Below are positions 52,470 through 64,000 of a DNA stretch of 64,000 nt, piece by piece. The stretch's first letter is position 1; each line of letters begins with the position of its first letter. Where the stretch lies: assembly GCA_907165135.1 (NCBI GenBank), contig OU015568.1:13516001-13580000 (forward strand), in the 5' to 3' direction. Origin of the DNA: Oikopleura dioica. Taxonomy: Eukaryota; Animalia; Chordata. The notes under the pieces are model-generated. The model saw nothing but the letters and a program-made list of their open reading frames with translations, did not search any database and was not told where the DNA came from. A program made the position numbers and the translations under genes.

Positions 52470-54512
52470 TCAGTAATCTTTTGGAGTGAATCCTATTCGT
52501 TGAAGAACAGTTTCTTTTGGGTAGAAGTGTGCTTTTGGGTCTGTTTGTACTGAGATGAAAGTGAGGTTGGGCATTTCCATTTCGCCTAAACTTGGATCAA
52601 CTTCTGTCCGACTTTCACTCGGCTGTCTTTTTGGAAGAGACTCGTAATTTTTTGGTGTTTTCTCTTTGTTTTCAATTTCATTCAAATGGCTTTCTTCTGT
52701 GCATATTTTGCAGATCCCGTAAGATTTCTGCTGAGTTTTTGAGAAACAATCAATCGACAAGGTTCTAAATATAACTATGAGAAATAGATAAGGCGGCTCA
52801 TCTCTTACACAAGGCAGTAGTAGCAAGTCCTATGTCGAGGATACGTCGTCATCCCCGACTTAGAAATAATTCCTATCCAAGCACCCCACTTCCACAGCTG
52901 AAGTGTATTCACGAAGACATGGAGGATAGGACGCAGGGCAGCAACGTCGAAAGCGGCGTACTTTAGAAGTTGACTTGAAATAGGCCGACGACTCCAGATG
53001 TGAAAGTCAGTCTTGTGTTTCGCTTTACCAGCTTTGAAACGGAGCAAGCTTTTGTCAGAGAAAACTAAAGAAAATATATGAAAAATAATGAAAATATATT
53101 GTTACATTCATATGCTGCTTCGAGACCCAGAGGGTGTTTCTTCGTTGGGTCTTGTTGACCATTCGTCAAGGAGATCAATCGTTCTCGATATTGCAGCTCC
53201 ACGACTTAAGATTTTTATTGAACTTGAACAACTAAAACTCGCTAAAACTTACCTTGAAGGTCAATAAAACCAGCGACGCTAATCTCATAGCTTGCATACA
53301 AGTTCGCAGTATCAGAAACTCCGCCCCAAAAAAACTTGATCACTCTTGGATATTGAAGGATGTCTCTCAGCCAGCCGACTTGTGGATCTTTTTCTCTCAG
53401 TGCGTAGTCGCCAATGGCCAGAATATCAATAAGGTAGCAGTTTTTGCTTGTATAATTATTAACTGAAAATAGTAACTAGAAAAAACGGCATTTATTACTT
53501 TGAATAAGCGTAATTTTTCCGTTAGGGCCAAGCTGATCTCCCTCCAAATCAATCAACAAGTATCTGCTCATCATTAGCTCTTCACGCACACTTTCTAGTA
53601 ACTCCTTGCTATCAAGAAGTTTTACATGCAAGTTTCCGTCTTCCACTGGCGGCTTCTTGAAAAACTTTCGTATCGATTTGATGTTCTTGCTCCGCTTCGT
53701 CAGCCAAAGTCTGTAAGATACTCGAATGCAGCTTGAAACAGCATCTGCCGCACACTGTCCTTCTCCAAGGAAAATTCTAAATATGATTAGTATCAGAAGC
53801 GCGAAACTAGTCCAACCGATCAACACAGAACATCGTCGCTTGATATACTCCCCCCGTTTTCGCTGTCCGAATTCGACCCGGCTTGCGTACGAACTCGATG
53901 TATTCTTTGCAGAAGATCAGCTTGTATTGTCGGAGAATACATTCAGGGTCTTTGTTCAAAAGATCGTTTTCCTTCACATACTCCTTGAAGACCAGTATGC
54001 AATCTTTGTTTAAAGTGTCTCGCTTGTTGGCAATGTTTGGATCGAAGTCCCCTTCGACCTGCTTCCGAAATTTCGGAATAGCGTAAGTCCACATTTCGAG
54101 CACTTTCTTGCCATTAACTTCTGAGTACTCGTATTTGAAGTCGTTCATTTTCTAAAATACAAATCAATCATAAATTATGCAAACAAGACCTTACCATGCA
54201 AAAAAGATATTCTTCATCAGTCAAATCTGTAACAATGTCTGAATTAGCTTCTTCCTTCTCAGTGTCCAGATCTTCATAAAGACCGAAAGCACCCGCGTGA
54301 TAGTCTTCCATCGTCAATCTTCGCGGTCCGCCGGCTATTTTCCAGAGTTCTTCCAGTTCTTCAAGTTCTTGTCTATCTTCTTCCGATATCTCAAGGTCGT
54401 TCTTTTCAATTTTGAATTTCTCTTGATTCTCTGGACGAACTGATTCTATCCTCTCATCTTTTGCATCCTTCATTTCCAAACTAACATCCGTCATTTCAAA
54501 CCTCCTCGTCAT
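52470..54512 (-). CDS. DEDDy 3'-5' exonuclease (EXD1/Egalitarian/Mut-7-like) with N-terminal dsRBD-like and C-terminal Stc1-like Zn finger
   Basis: Exons join in frame (FCM|KMND, VDR|IFLG, LIQ|INN, DLQ|VVE, CLV|TLS); ExoI IDLEGD, ExoII WGGVSD, ExoIII WSRRPI..LLKYAAFDV. Confidence 0.8.
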
Positions 54513-54636
54513 TTTATCTGAAAGAATTAGTTTTGATTTTTCTACGAGATGTGAAGATTTATTGATCTTGAACAGAAAAAAAGTTTTTGGAATTGATCTC
54601 TAACTGATCTTGGTAAGTAGTCTAGTAGTGAAGTTT

Positions 54637-55058
54637 TCAGTAAACGAATGAAAGTGCGAAGATATCGGCGAATACATGCAGTCCTTTATTCTCCCATCTA
54701 ACTTTGATTTGACGGTCTCGCCCACTATCCCAGATGCATTGAGAGGCGGTCTAAAAAAATTACTTTTCGTTACAAAATCCGTGCCTACCGAGCAGCATTT
54801 ATCGGTCTTCTCCAAGAGAGTGATGTTGATCACGAATTTAATATCATCCAAGTTGAGCTTTTTTAGCTCATCAGCAATATTCTCCGAAATTGACTTTGAC
54901 CATTGCTCAGCATGCGATCTTGAGTAATTCTGATCTCCGATCACGGATGTTATCTGCTCCTAAACAAATCATATACCAAGAAGGAACAAAAAAAGTCTTG
55001 CCTTGATAATTTCCGTGGCTTTATCAGTTGGAAATTCTTTTTCCTCCGTACCGCCCAT
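54637..55058 (-). CDS. DYNLT: Tctex1-type dynein light chain
   Basis: IIKEQITSVIGDQNY..QW..IKFVINITLLEK..TASQCIWDSGRD..VRWENK, matching the DYNLT1/3 pattern. Confidence 0.85.
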
Positions 55059-55166
55059 TCTGATAAAGAACGATCATAAAATTTTCGTATCAGTTTTTAT
55101 TTGGATCGGTTATCAGAAAGAATCATGAAGAAAATTATACAAAGAAATTGAAGAAGGAATGTAGGT

Positions 55167-56554
55167 TTAATAAAAGATCTTTAAAGCGTCTTTATATTCA
55201 GTTATCCGCACTTCGTCTGTGTGAAACGGTTCTCCGTCGATGGTAAAAAGTTGTTTTTTCTCACATTTTATCTAAAAATATGCATTATTCGGTCGGGAAA
55301 CAGGACGCATACTTTTATTGATTTGATAGGTCTATTTGCCAGTTCTGGAAATGCTTCCACGTGTTTTCCGCCATCTTCTGCGAGATCCCAAAGTTTAACT
55401 AGCTGGCCTCTGGTGACAGATGATTTCATTTGATGAAGGTACATGCCGGGTGCTTCATCTATCTCGGGAAAGAAGGTCACGCGTTCGTCGAGCATCGAGC
55501 AAACTGCTACTACCATTGAGATCAATGCATCTTTCGACTGGCTCTCTTCTTCAATAGAGAGATCCATAGGATACTTTCTTTTTCTGATAATGTATGCGAC
55601 GCCGTAAATGAGATTTCTCAGCTCGCCGCCGAGAAAACGTAAGCGTTCTGAGTTGATGTCGATATCTGCGACGAGGCCAGTCGCAATGGCGAGGAAAGAG
55701 AAACGAGACGAGTTGTTGTAATCGACTTTCATCAGATCTATCGTTTTTGAGAAAGATTCAGAAGAGAGAATAAGAGCATGAATTGATTTCGATAGGCATG
55801 AGTGCTTGCCAGGGACTTTTGAAACTATTAGATTGAAGATAAGACATGATGAGATTTGAGCATCATACCGAGACAAGCGACGAGTCCATTTCCAGAACCT
55901 GCTGGAATTGGCGCAACCGGGGGAGCATCGTCTTTCTCCCGCTGCCGTAATCCGTTGACGACTTCATTAACTAATCCATCGCCTGAGACGGTGACAAGAG
56001 CATCGTATTCGCTAAAGCTCTCTGTCCTCGCAATTTCTTCCGCATGACCCCCATGAGTAGTTTTCACGAGCTTATTCGAAATACCGGCTTCTAAGAGAAT
56101 TGAAGAGAGCTTATCCGCGATTTTGCCGCCTTTCTTTCGCCCGCTAAAGGGGTTAACAATTATGAACAGTTTCTTTTTTGGGCGCGACAGGGATTTTAGC
56201 AGCTCTTCTGCGTGCTCTTCATTTTCTTCTCTAGAAAATAAACGATAGAGTTCGAAAGATCACCTGATTTACTCACCTACTTTTATTCTTATCATAGACA
56301 ACAACTGTAAAAACCTCTCGCTTTTCGGTGATGCAACGCTTCGGTTTCAAATCCAATGGGTAATAGAAAAACTTGAGAAAGCTGAATTTATCATCAGGAT
56401 TCTTTGAGATTTCATGATGCACTCCAATAATATTTCGACGCAGAAGATCTCGCTTGCCAATTTTTACTTGCTGCTCCGTGATTTCAAATTTTATTTGAGT
56501 AAGTTTTCGATTCTTTCCAAAAGAATGGAATACTGTCGCGTGACTCGCGTCCAT
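55167..56554 (-). CDS. Sphingosine/ceramide kinase-like lipid kinase (DAGK catalytic domain)
   Basis: IIVNPFSGRKKG, TTHGGHAEE, VTVSGDGLVNEVVNGL, PIPAGSGNGL, IATGLVADIDINSERLRFLGG, TIDGEP. Confidence 0.88.
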
Positions 56555-56666
56555 TCTAAGTGTCAAAAGGAGTGAGTTTATTGTACCATACAAGTAAAAA
56601 TTCAACTGCTGGCTTTGTTGAACTGAGGCAGGGTAAAATTTAATTCTAACAGCAAATTTGGGATCT

Positions 56667-57201
56667 TTAGCATCGGCTGCAGCAACCACCAGATGCCCGT
56701 ACACCAGAAGTTGCTTGCTTGTAAGCATCGGCGATTTTCTGATTGAGACCTTCTTTATTCCGAGCGATTTCTATGGCCAAGAACTGAGCTCGATGACAGA
56801 ATGTCTAAAACGATTTTGATGCAACTCTTAGTAGATTAGTTTCAGCTTCTAACCGTATTCATGGATGTGTAATCTCCGTCTGGTCTCTTTCGAAGCAAAC
56901 TTTTTCTGTCAAAATCCTTTAGATCAGCTTTTAACTCGTCCATCCAGTTTATCCACTGAAGCTTGTTGTCTCCACTTATCAATTCATCTTGAAGATCTTC
57001 GTCAACGTTACTTATATCGAAATCAGGAAATGCCTTTCGAAACGACTCGTATATCTTCTCATCAAGAGGGCTGAATTTGATCTTGCACGGGCCGAGCGAG
57101 AGAAGAAGCTTCATGTGAACTTGAGCTTGCTGGAATGCTTTTGGAAGCCACTCGGCATCGTTATTCAACGAGTCAATTTTGTTTTCTAATTTCGAACACA
57201 T
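56667..57201 (-). CDS. PBDC1: PBDC1-like protein, copy b (divergent; start may be 57261)
   Basis: WLPKAFQQAQVHMKLL..KFSPLDEKIYESFR...|TFCHRAQFLAIEIARNKEG. Confidence 0.85.
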
Positions 57202-57343
57202 TACGAAATATGCTTTATTTCTCTGAATCGGAATCATTATTGAAGAGGGATATTTCTGCATACATAATCTTTCGGAAGTCTTTCTGAATCACACGCTTTT
57301 TACAGAAAAAATATCATTCATTATCCGCGGCTTCGTTTATGTT

Positions 57344-57999
57344 TTAACATGATCCACAGCAGCCACCAGAAGAACCAGCTGATTGCTTCTTCGAGTCATC
57401 GACGATTTTCTGATTGTGTCCTTCTTTATTTCGTGCAATTTCAATGGCGAGAAATTGAGCTCGCAAACAGAAAATCTTAATTACTCAAAATAAAACTGAA
57501 ATGAAGTCTGTACCGTATTTTCCGCGGAGTAATCCTGCGTTGGGTCCGTTCTGAGAAGGCTACCAAAGTTGAAATCTTTGAGAGTATCTTTGTACTGATT
57601 AACCCAGTTGCGCCACTGTTCTTTGCCTTCTTTACTCTGAAAATATTTATCGTCAATAGAGTTTGAATTTCAAGTCGCAAACCTTCATGGCATCCTCGTC
57701 AATCTTGACAACATCGAAATCGGGAAATTCTTTTCGGAACGATGCGTAGAGCTCGTCATCTAACGGACTAAATTTCATTCTGTCCGGTCCAACAGCGAGT
57801 AATAGCTTCATATGAACTTCGGCCTGCTGAAAAGCTCTGGCCGCCCAGTTTGCTACAGAACATTTATTATCAACTCAACAAGAATTATTCAACCTTCAAC
57901 ATCAGATGTATTATCATATGCAGACGCCTCCTGACCAAGTGCGGCGGCTCCAGCCATCATCATATTTGGGTTTCCGAGCTGATCGATGTTGAAAGACAT
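57344..57999 (-). CDS. PBDC1: PBDC1-like protein, copy a
   Basis: WAARAFQQAEVHMKLL..KFSPLDDELYASFRKEF...DFNFGSLLR..YSAENT|IFCLRAQFLAIEIARNKEG. Confidence 0.9.
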
Positions 58000-58270
58000 T
58001 TTTCAATCCTATCTTTAATCAAACGTCTTTGAATTTTTTCCTTCTGTTTTATTGCACATTTCGATAATACTGTAATGACATGAATAGTGTTGAAAAATTA
58101 ATAGACAAATGAACTTTCTTTTACTGTAACTGATAGTTATATGGACAAGGAAATACGCGGGTATATAATTTGATGATGCAATTGAGTGGAGAATATTGTA
58201 TGCTAGAGAAGTCAATAATGAAGAAATTTTATTGAAAAGTAAGTACGGCCGAGAGTAAAATTCTCAGAAT

Positions 58271-58791
58271 TTAGTCTCTGAACTTTCTGTTGGGGTTTGA
58301 TCCGAAGAGAGTTTCGCGCATTTGAGGAAGGCCCGCTTTTGCCAACATATCCAGTCGCGCTTCGAGGGTGTTGGAAATCTAAAAGCACCGTGAGAGTAGC
58401 ACATTTGTTGAATTACTTACAGTAATGGACTCGTTGATGTTGCAGAGATTGATACCCCCAGCACAGTCCTTAGGAAGGGATTTTGAAGGATGAACTGAGA
58501 TTGAGAGAGACTTTCCAGTAGCACCTTTGTATGCTGCTTCTACGTTGTCTAATAGACCCTAAATAAGATAGTGGATGTCTGGCGGTCTGTAAAACGAACC
58601 TCAACAGTAGATTTATCGCACTCTCTGCAAATGACGTAGACCTTATCTTCCAAGAGCTGGAAGCTTGACTGAACAATGAGTTTCTCGAGCATGCTCTTGT
58701 AGGCATCCTTGTCTTGGCTGATCTTTAGCAGTTCTTTTTGCGCTGCACTCATGAGGTTTTCAACATGGACTTCTCGAGCCTTCAGGACTTC
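58271..58791 (-). CDS. ATP6V1E: V-type ATPase subunit E, 3' exons only (5' exons not in window)
   Basis: EVLKAREVHVENL..YKSMLEKLIVQSSFQLLE..ICRECD..GGINL..ISNTLEARLDML..LPQMRETLFGSNPNRKF. Confidence 0.92.
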
Positions 58792-59001
58792 CTAAATTAT
58801 GAAATTGTTAGATTTGTTATTGTATTTCCGTCCATGCGATAAGTCTAACAACGCGGCGGAATAGAAAGAGTCAATGACAGCAAGATTGTTGGTTCTAAGG
58901 ATAAATAAATCAACCGCAACTCTGCGTTATGATGCGTCGGGATGCTCACCCCCAAGCTGAATGCTGAAACGAAAGTCAGACTTCAGGACTTTTTCACGCC
59001 G

Positions 59002-62000
59002 ATGAGGGTCCTCGGAGCTCTAATATTCGGCGCGTTAGCCCAAGAGAGTGACGAGTGGTCCGACTGGACAGAATGGTCGGCTTGCGAGAAGGGTGTTTAC
59101 AAGCGGGTCAGAAGATGTCACAATATGCAAGAAGGGAGAGCTTTCAACAGAGTTGCCAACGATGCTTGTGGCGGACACTACCAGGTTAATAAAATAAACA
59201 ATACTGTTTCCTTACTCATAAATAGGAATACCGAAGCTGTGCTCGTAGAACCCCTTGTCTAAATGGAAATGGAGCTGACTACGACGGCACTAACTTCAAA
59301 ACAGAAAATTACAACACTTGTGATAGATGGGATCAGCTCTCTGAAGAGGATCATCATATGCCTACCGATTCAATCCACCATAACTTTTGCCGAAATCCCA
59401 ATGACGCGGACCGACCATGGTGCTATGTTAACGGAACCGTTGAGTTTTGTGAGATAACTCCATGCGATGAAGCTCAGACTTTGAAAAACACTTTCCATCA
59501 GTTAGAAAGCGACGAAGAGAAAGAACTCGATGCCGGACCGGTTGCTAGTACAGATGACATCGAAAGCGGCACTGCATCAACAAATAATATTGGGTGTTGC
59601 CCCACATTAATCCTTTGTGGAAATGCCGAAGATCACAGTATGGTCACTGGGAGTTACGTGTACAACGACCGCGGTCGATACTATCGACATCAGTCACGAA
59701 ACGTGTATTTCTACTACGATCGTCGTTTCAAAAAATGGCTTCTGTCTACAAGCATGTACGACTCCGAAGTCCACGGTTACCTGGACGAGTCGGTTGATTG
59801 CCCTGCGATGGCGATTTCATCCTTGAAAATGGCAAAGATGGTTAAAGGAAGAGCTGAATTCATCGAGTCAGCGATCAATATTGGCTGCTCGAGAGCTTCG
59901 AAGAGCCAAGTCTACCAATGCAGTCTCCCAGAAGTACACCCTGAGATTTCAACTCCCGTCGGACCTGCTGGCCTTCAAGGAAACACAAGATCTATTGTTA
60001 GCCCGAGTGAACATTACAAGGAGTTCTCCAGAATCATGGGAGGCGTTCATGTGGAAGAGGCTGTCCCTGGCTCATGGCCTCATCAAGTCTCTTTACAAGG
60101 ACCAAGTGGGCATTTTTGTGGCGGTTCGCTGATTAGCCCGGATTATGTGCTTACAAGTGCCAAATGTGCATCAATGATGGGTGATAAAGGTTTCTCCGCT
60201 GTCATGGGCTTGCATAATCTCGAAGAAAATAATCATCAAGAAATCTGCGTTCAAGAGACAATCATTCATCCTGATTACAATCCAGATACAAGCGCACATG
60301 ATATTGCTCTCGTCAGGCTTTCATGGTCAGCGAAGCTTGATTCTTGGACGAACCCAGCTTGTGTGATTGAAGGAGAAATTCCTCCAGATATTCTCTGCGT
60401 GGCAACTGGATGGGGATCTGCCAAGAACGAAGCGTTGTTCTATCCAACACGACTTCAACAGTACCCAATTTCATTCCACAGGCCTTGCTCGACTGAAGAC
60501 ACTCTTTGCTCGGGAACTGGAGGCATCGGTGTCTGTACTGGAGACGTTTCATCGCCTTTGACCTGCTTTGTGGGAGGAAAATGGCTCCTTGCTGGTATAT
60601 CCACTCAGCGAGAAGAATGCAAGGATGTTTCGGTCAATCGAAACTATTTCACCAAGGCGGCTTTTTACAACGAGTGGATTCAAACCGTTATGAAAGAAGG
60701 TCAAGCTGTTGCTGAATGGACACAGTGGACAGAGTGGTCTAAGTGCTCCAGAGAATGCGGGGTCGGACTCAAATTCCGCAGGAGAACGTGTGAAGGACGT
60801 GGCGCTTGCGAAGGCGTTGGAGAACAAAGTGAAACCTGTATGTCTGGAAGAGAATGCAGTTCTCTTTCCCATCCACAGTGTGCAAAGGGAATTAATTTCG
60901 ACAATGGAAACGATAGCCTTACAGCACGTAGAATCAATTCCCGTATCGTTGGGGGAATTACAGCAGATCAAAGAGAGTGGCCATGGATCGTGATGGCAGC
61001 AGATCGCAATAAAGGTAAAATGGGTCAGTTCTGTGGCGCGACTATTATTTCTGAGCGATGGCTGATCTCTGCTGGGCATTGCTATGTCACTAGCTGGTCA
61101 GAACCAAACCCAGCTAGGTATTCATTCTATGCTGGTGTCCAAAAACGATACGGCAGCGAAGAATACGAGCAAGCTTTTGGCATCGAAGAAATTATTTGTC
61201 ACGAGAAATACCAAATGGCAACGAATACCATTGTGAATGACATTTGTCTTCTCAAGACGGACAAACCAATCCAGTGGACAGATAGAGTCAAACCGATTTG
61301 TCTCCCTGAGCAAGTTGGCGGTCCTGATATTGGAGAGTTCTGCAAAGTTGCTGGATGGGGAGACACTATGGGCACTCCGGGTTTAAATCAGTTCAACTTG
61401 AATGAAGTCGCTGTCCCAATTATCTCATACGAAACTTGCCAAAACTGGTATGATGATGAGATGGTGCGTATTTACGAAAAAGAACATCTATGCGCTGGTT
61501 ATGAGCAAGGAACTATGGATGCCTGCCAAGGAGATTCTGGCGGGCCGTTTGTCTGCTATGACCAGCAAGAAAATGGTTCGAACGACCCCTATCTTCAGGG
61601 CGTTGTCTCATTTGGAGTAGGATGTGCCGATGCCAAAAACCCGGGTGTTTACACCAGGTAATAATATGTGGCTCGTTGATTCATAACTAACGATTTTAAG
61701 GATAACCTCATATTTGGATTTCATTTCAAACATTATCGTCGACGCTTGCGCTGCTGAGCCATGTGAGAACGATGGAGTCTGCACACTTGTTGGAGCAGCG
61801 GACTACCGATGTGAGTGCAAAACGAATTTTAGTGGAAGACACTGTGAAATTGACGAAGTTGCTCTCGAAATCGGTTGCAAGGATGATCCATGCAAAAATG
61901 ATGCCACTTGCATCACCGAACTTAACTCCTACAGATGCGAATGTGAGCTTGGATGGGCTGGAAGACTGTGTGACCGAGAAGTTCCGCAGTGCGAGGTCAT

Positions 62001-64000
62001 GTTCCAAGAATCTACTGAAACAAGATTCATTGGACTTGGACAGCTTGGGATTTCCCTTGGAGGCGGCGGTGGTTTCCGAGGCAAACGAGCTGCAAACTCG
62101 ACACATGGACTGGGAAGATCTCTCATGTCAATGGGAATCGATCGAGGAATTCCTCAAATGGCAGATAGAATCGTTGGTGGTGAAGTATCTGTTGCTGGCG
62201 CATGGCCTTGGATTGTTCAAATTGCTGACAATTACGGCCAGTACTGTTCAGGTGTAATCATCGACAAACACTTTGTACTGACAGCCAAGCCTTGCGTCAC
62301 AAATAGCAAGCCTGAGGACTTATATGTCATTGTTGGCGGATTCCAGATAAACACCGATGAAGCTACTCGTGCGGTTCACACAATTTCAAGTATTACTTGC
62401 AATACAAACGTGATTAATCTGGCTGATGGAATCTGCGTTCTTCACATTGCTCAAGAGATGTACTTTAACAACTATGTCCAGCCAATGTGCCTTCCAGACG
62501 AGGACATAAAGTTCAGTGAAGGATCTCGATGCTACATGGCTGGATGGGGAGAAACCATGCTTGACGGAAACAACAACATGCTTCATGAGCTCGACATGCC
62601 ACTTTTCAGCGATACTTTGTGCAAAAATCACTTCATGCAGAACAACATTCGAGGCTACTACAATGATATTCACATGTGTGCAGGATATTTTGACCATAGA
62701 GGTGCCTGCACAGGTGATGCTGGCGGACCTCTCATGTGTCTCCATGGTGGCATGCCATATTTAGCTGGTATTCTCTCTTGGTCTGAAGGATGCCGACTTG
62801 AAAGTACCCCTGCTGTTTTCTCTGACATCAGTTTCCAGAAAGAGTTCATTGATTCTGTTGTTGGGAATCCTTGCATTGGAGAACCATGTCAGAACGGAGG
62901 TCACTGTGAAGAAAATGCTGCGGGCGGTTACACTTGTCACTGTGTCGATGATTACTCCGGCGATACTTGTGGAGTTGACCTCAAAATGATTGATGACTGT
63001 GCTGCCGAACCTTGTCAGAATGGAGGCGTTTGTGAGGACGACATCGGTGGATACATTTGCACTTGTCCAGAGGGATTTTATGGCCAATCATGTGAGAACG
63101 CTCAAACATTCTGTAGAGATTCGGATGTCTTCATCACTCAAGGCCCTCGAGCAACATACCCATGGGCAGCATTCTTGATTATGCAGGCTGGTCGGTCTAA
63201 TGTTGGAACTCCTTTCTGTACAGGTTCCATTATTGATGACCGGCATATTCTTACAACTGCAAGCTGCGTATTCAGTACTGACAAGAGCTTAATCGGCATT
63301 CAATATGGAGTGGAAGGACCGAAACCAGTTCTCAGTGAAGCAGTCGATGAAGTCTTTATTCATCCATTATACTCATTCTATGAGTTCAACAGCAAGGCCG
63401 CAGATATTGCCATAATCCGATTATCTCACACAATTGAGTTCAACAACTTTGTTCAACCAGCTTGTCTATCTGACGAAGTTGAAACTGCCGTTGGAAAGCA
63501 ATGCAAGGTACTCGGTATTCAGGGAGATGGAAATATTGGAGAATCGAATGTCAACAACATCGGACTGGATTACTGTGAAAAATGGAACCCAGCATTTGGT
63601 AGGACAATCGATCTTTCTCATTTTTATACGTTTTTAGCTCTCAAAAACACTCACCACAAATGCTTTACGTATGCCGACTCTAATAGAGATATTTGCAATA
63701 GCGGTGTCGGCGCATCCGTCTGGTGCGTCGATGAGCTGATGCAGCCTGTTATTCACGGCCTAACAGCATTTGGCCAGTCTTGCGACGAAGAAGGAACACC
63801 AGGCGTCTCAACCAACATTGGATATTTCCATGCCTGGATCAAACAGATCCTTTCTCACGGCGAAGCTAGCTGTGCTGATAGCGACTGTGAAGGTGTCTGC
63901 GTTGAACAAAAGTACAATGATGAGTTTATTGTTCAATATCCCGGCTACATTTGCCAGGTAAAATAATAAGTAAATACTGAATAATCGAAATTTTATTCAG
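59002..64000 (+). CDS. Secreted mosaic polyprotease (TSP1, kringle, four trypsin-like domains, TSP1, EGF repeats), at least 1,624 aa, continuing past the window end
   Basis: Exons 59002-59184, 59226-61657, 61701-63957 join in frame; WSDWTEWSAC (TSP1), NFCRNPNDADRPWCY (kringle), RIMGG/RIVGG activation sites, GDSGGP in domain 2, EGF motifs C..EPC.N.G.C. Confidence 0.92.

Noticed and set aside
58975-58995. Short match (cttcaggactt) to the V-ATPase E exon start
   Set aside because: About 10 nt only, with no continuing frame similarity; not the missing 5' exon
1-64000. CRISPR arrays, rRNA, SL RNA gene, autonomous transposase or reverse transcriptase
   Set aside because: No regularly spaced repeats or recognisable motifs seen; sequence is eukaryotic

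Overview
Gene-dense, intron-rich animal DNA with about 25 protein-coding genes. Most introns are 35-50 nt, and several splice donors appear non-canonical (GA, GG, GC). The style best fits the larvacean tunicate Oikopleura dioica, but the species is inferred, not proven. Contents from left to right: a RIM-like active-zone gene with a tRNA-Arg(UCG) in one intron; a ~4,830-aa secreted fibrocystin-L (PKHD1L1)-like protein with a 13.3-kb exon, an added WxxW domain and a C-terminal LRR in place of a TM anchor; a Cys-rich secreted protein; cytochrome c; KLHL9/13; SLC15 and SLC43-like transporters; a GT31 glycosyltransferase fused to a hevein-like domain; a secreted double-domain M1 aminopeptidase; a protist-type phosphagen kinase; ankyrin, OTU and chromo-like genes, with a ~680-bp foldback MITE in an ankyrin intron; an operon-like minus-strand run (V-ATPase E, two PBDC1 paralogs, sphingosine kinase-like, Tctex1, a dsRBD + DEDDy exonuclease + Stc1-like zinc-finger gene, KIF6); and a 4-domain polyprotease apparently nested in a V-ATPase E intron. 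Three genes carry apparent 1-2 nt frameshifts in simple repeats, possibly assembly errors. All gene models were built by eye and family assignments come from remembered motifs, not database searches.
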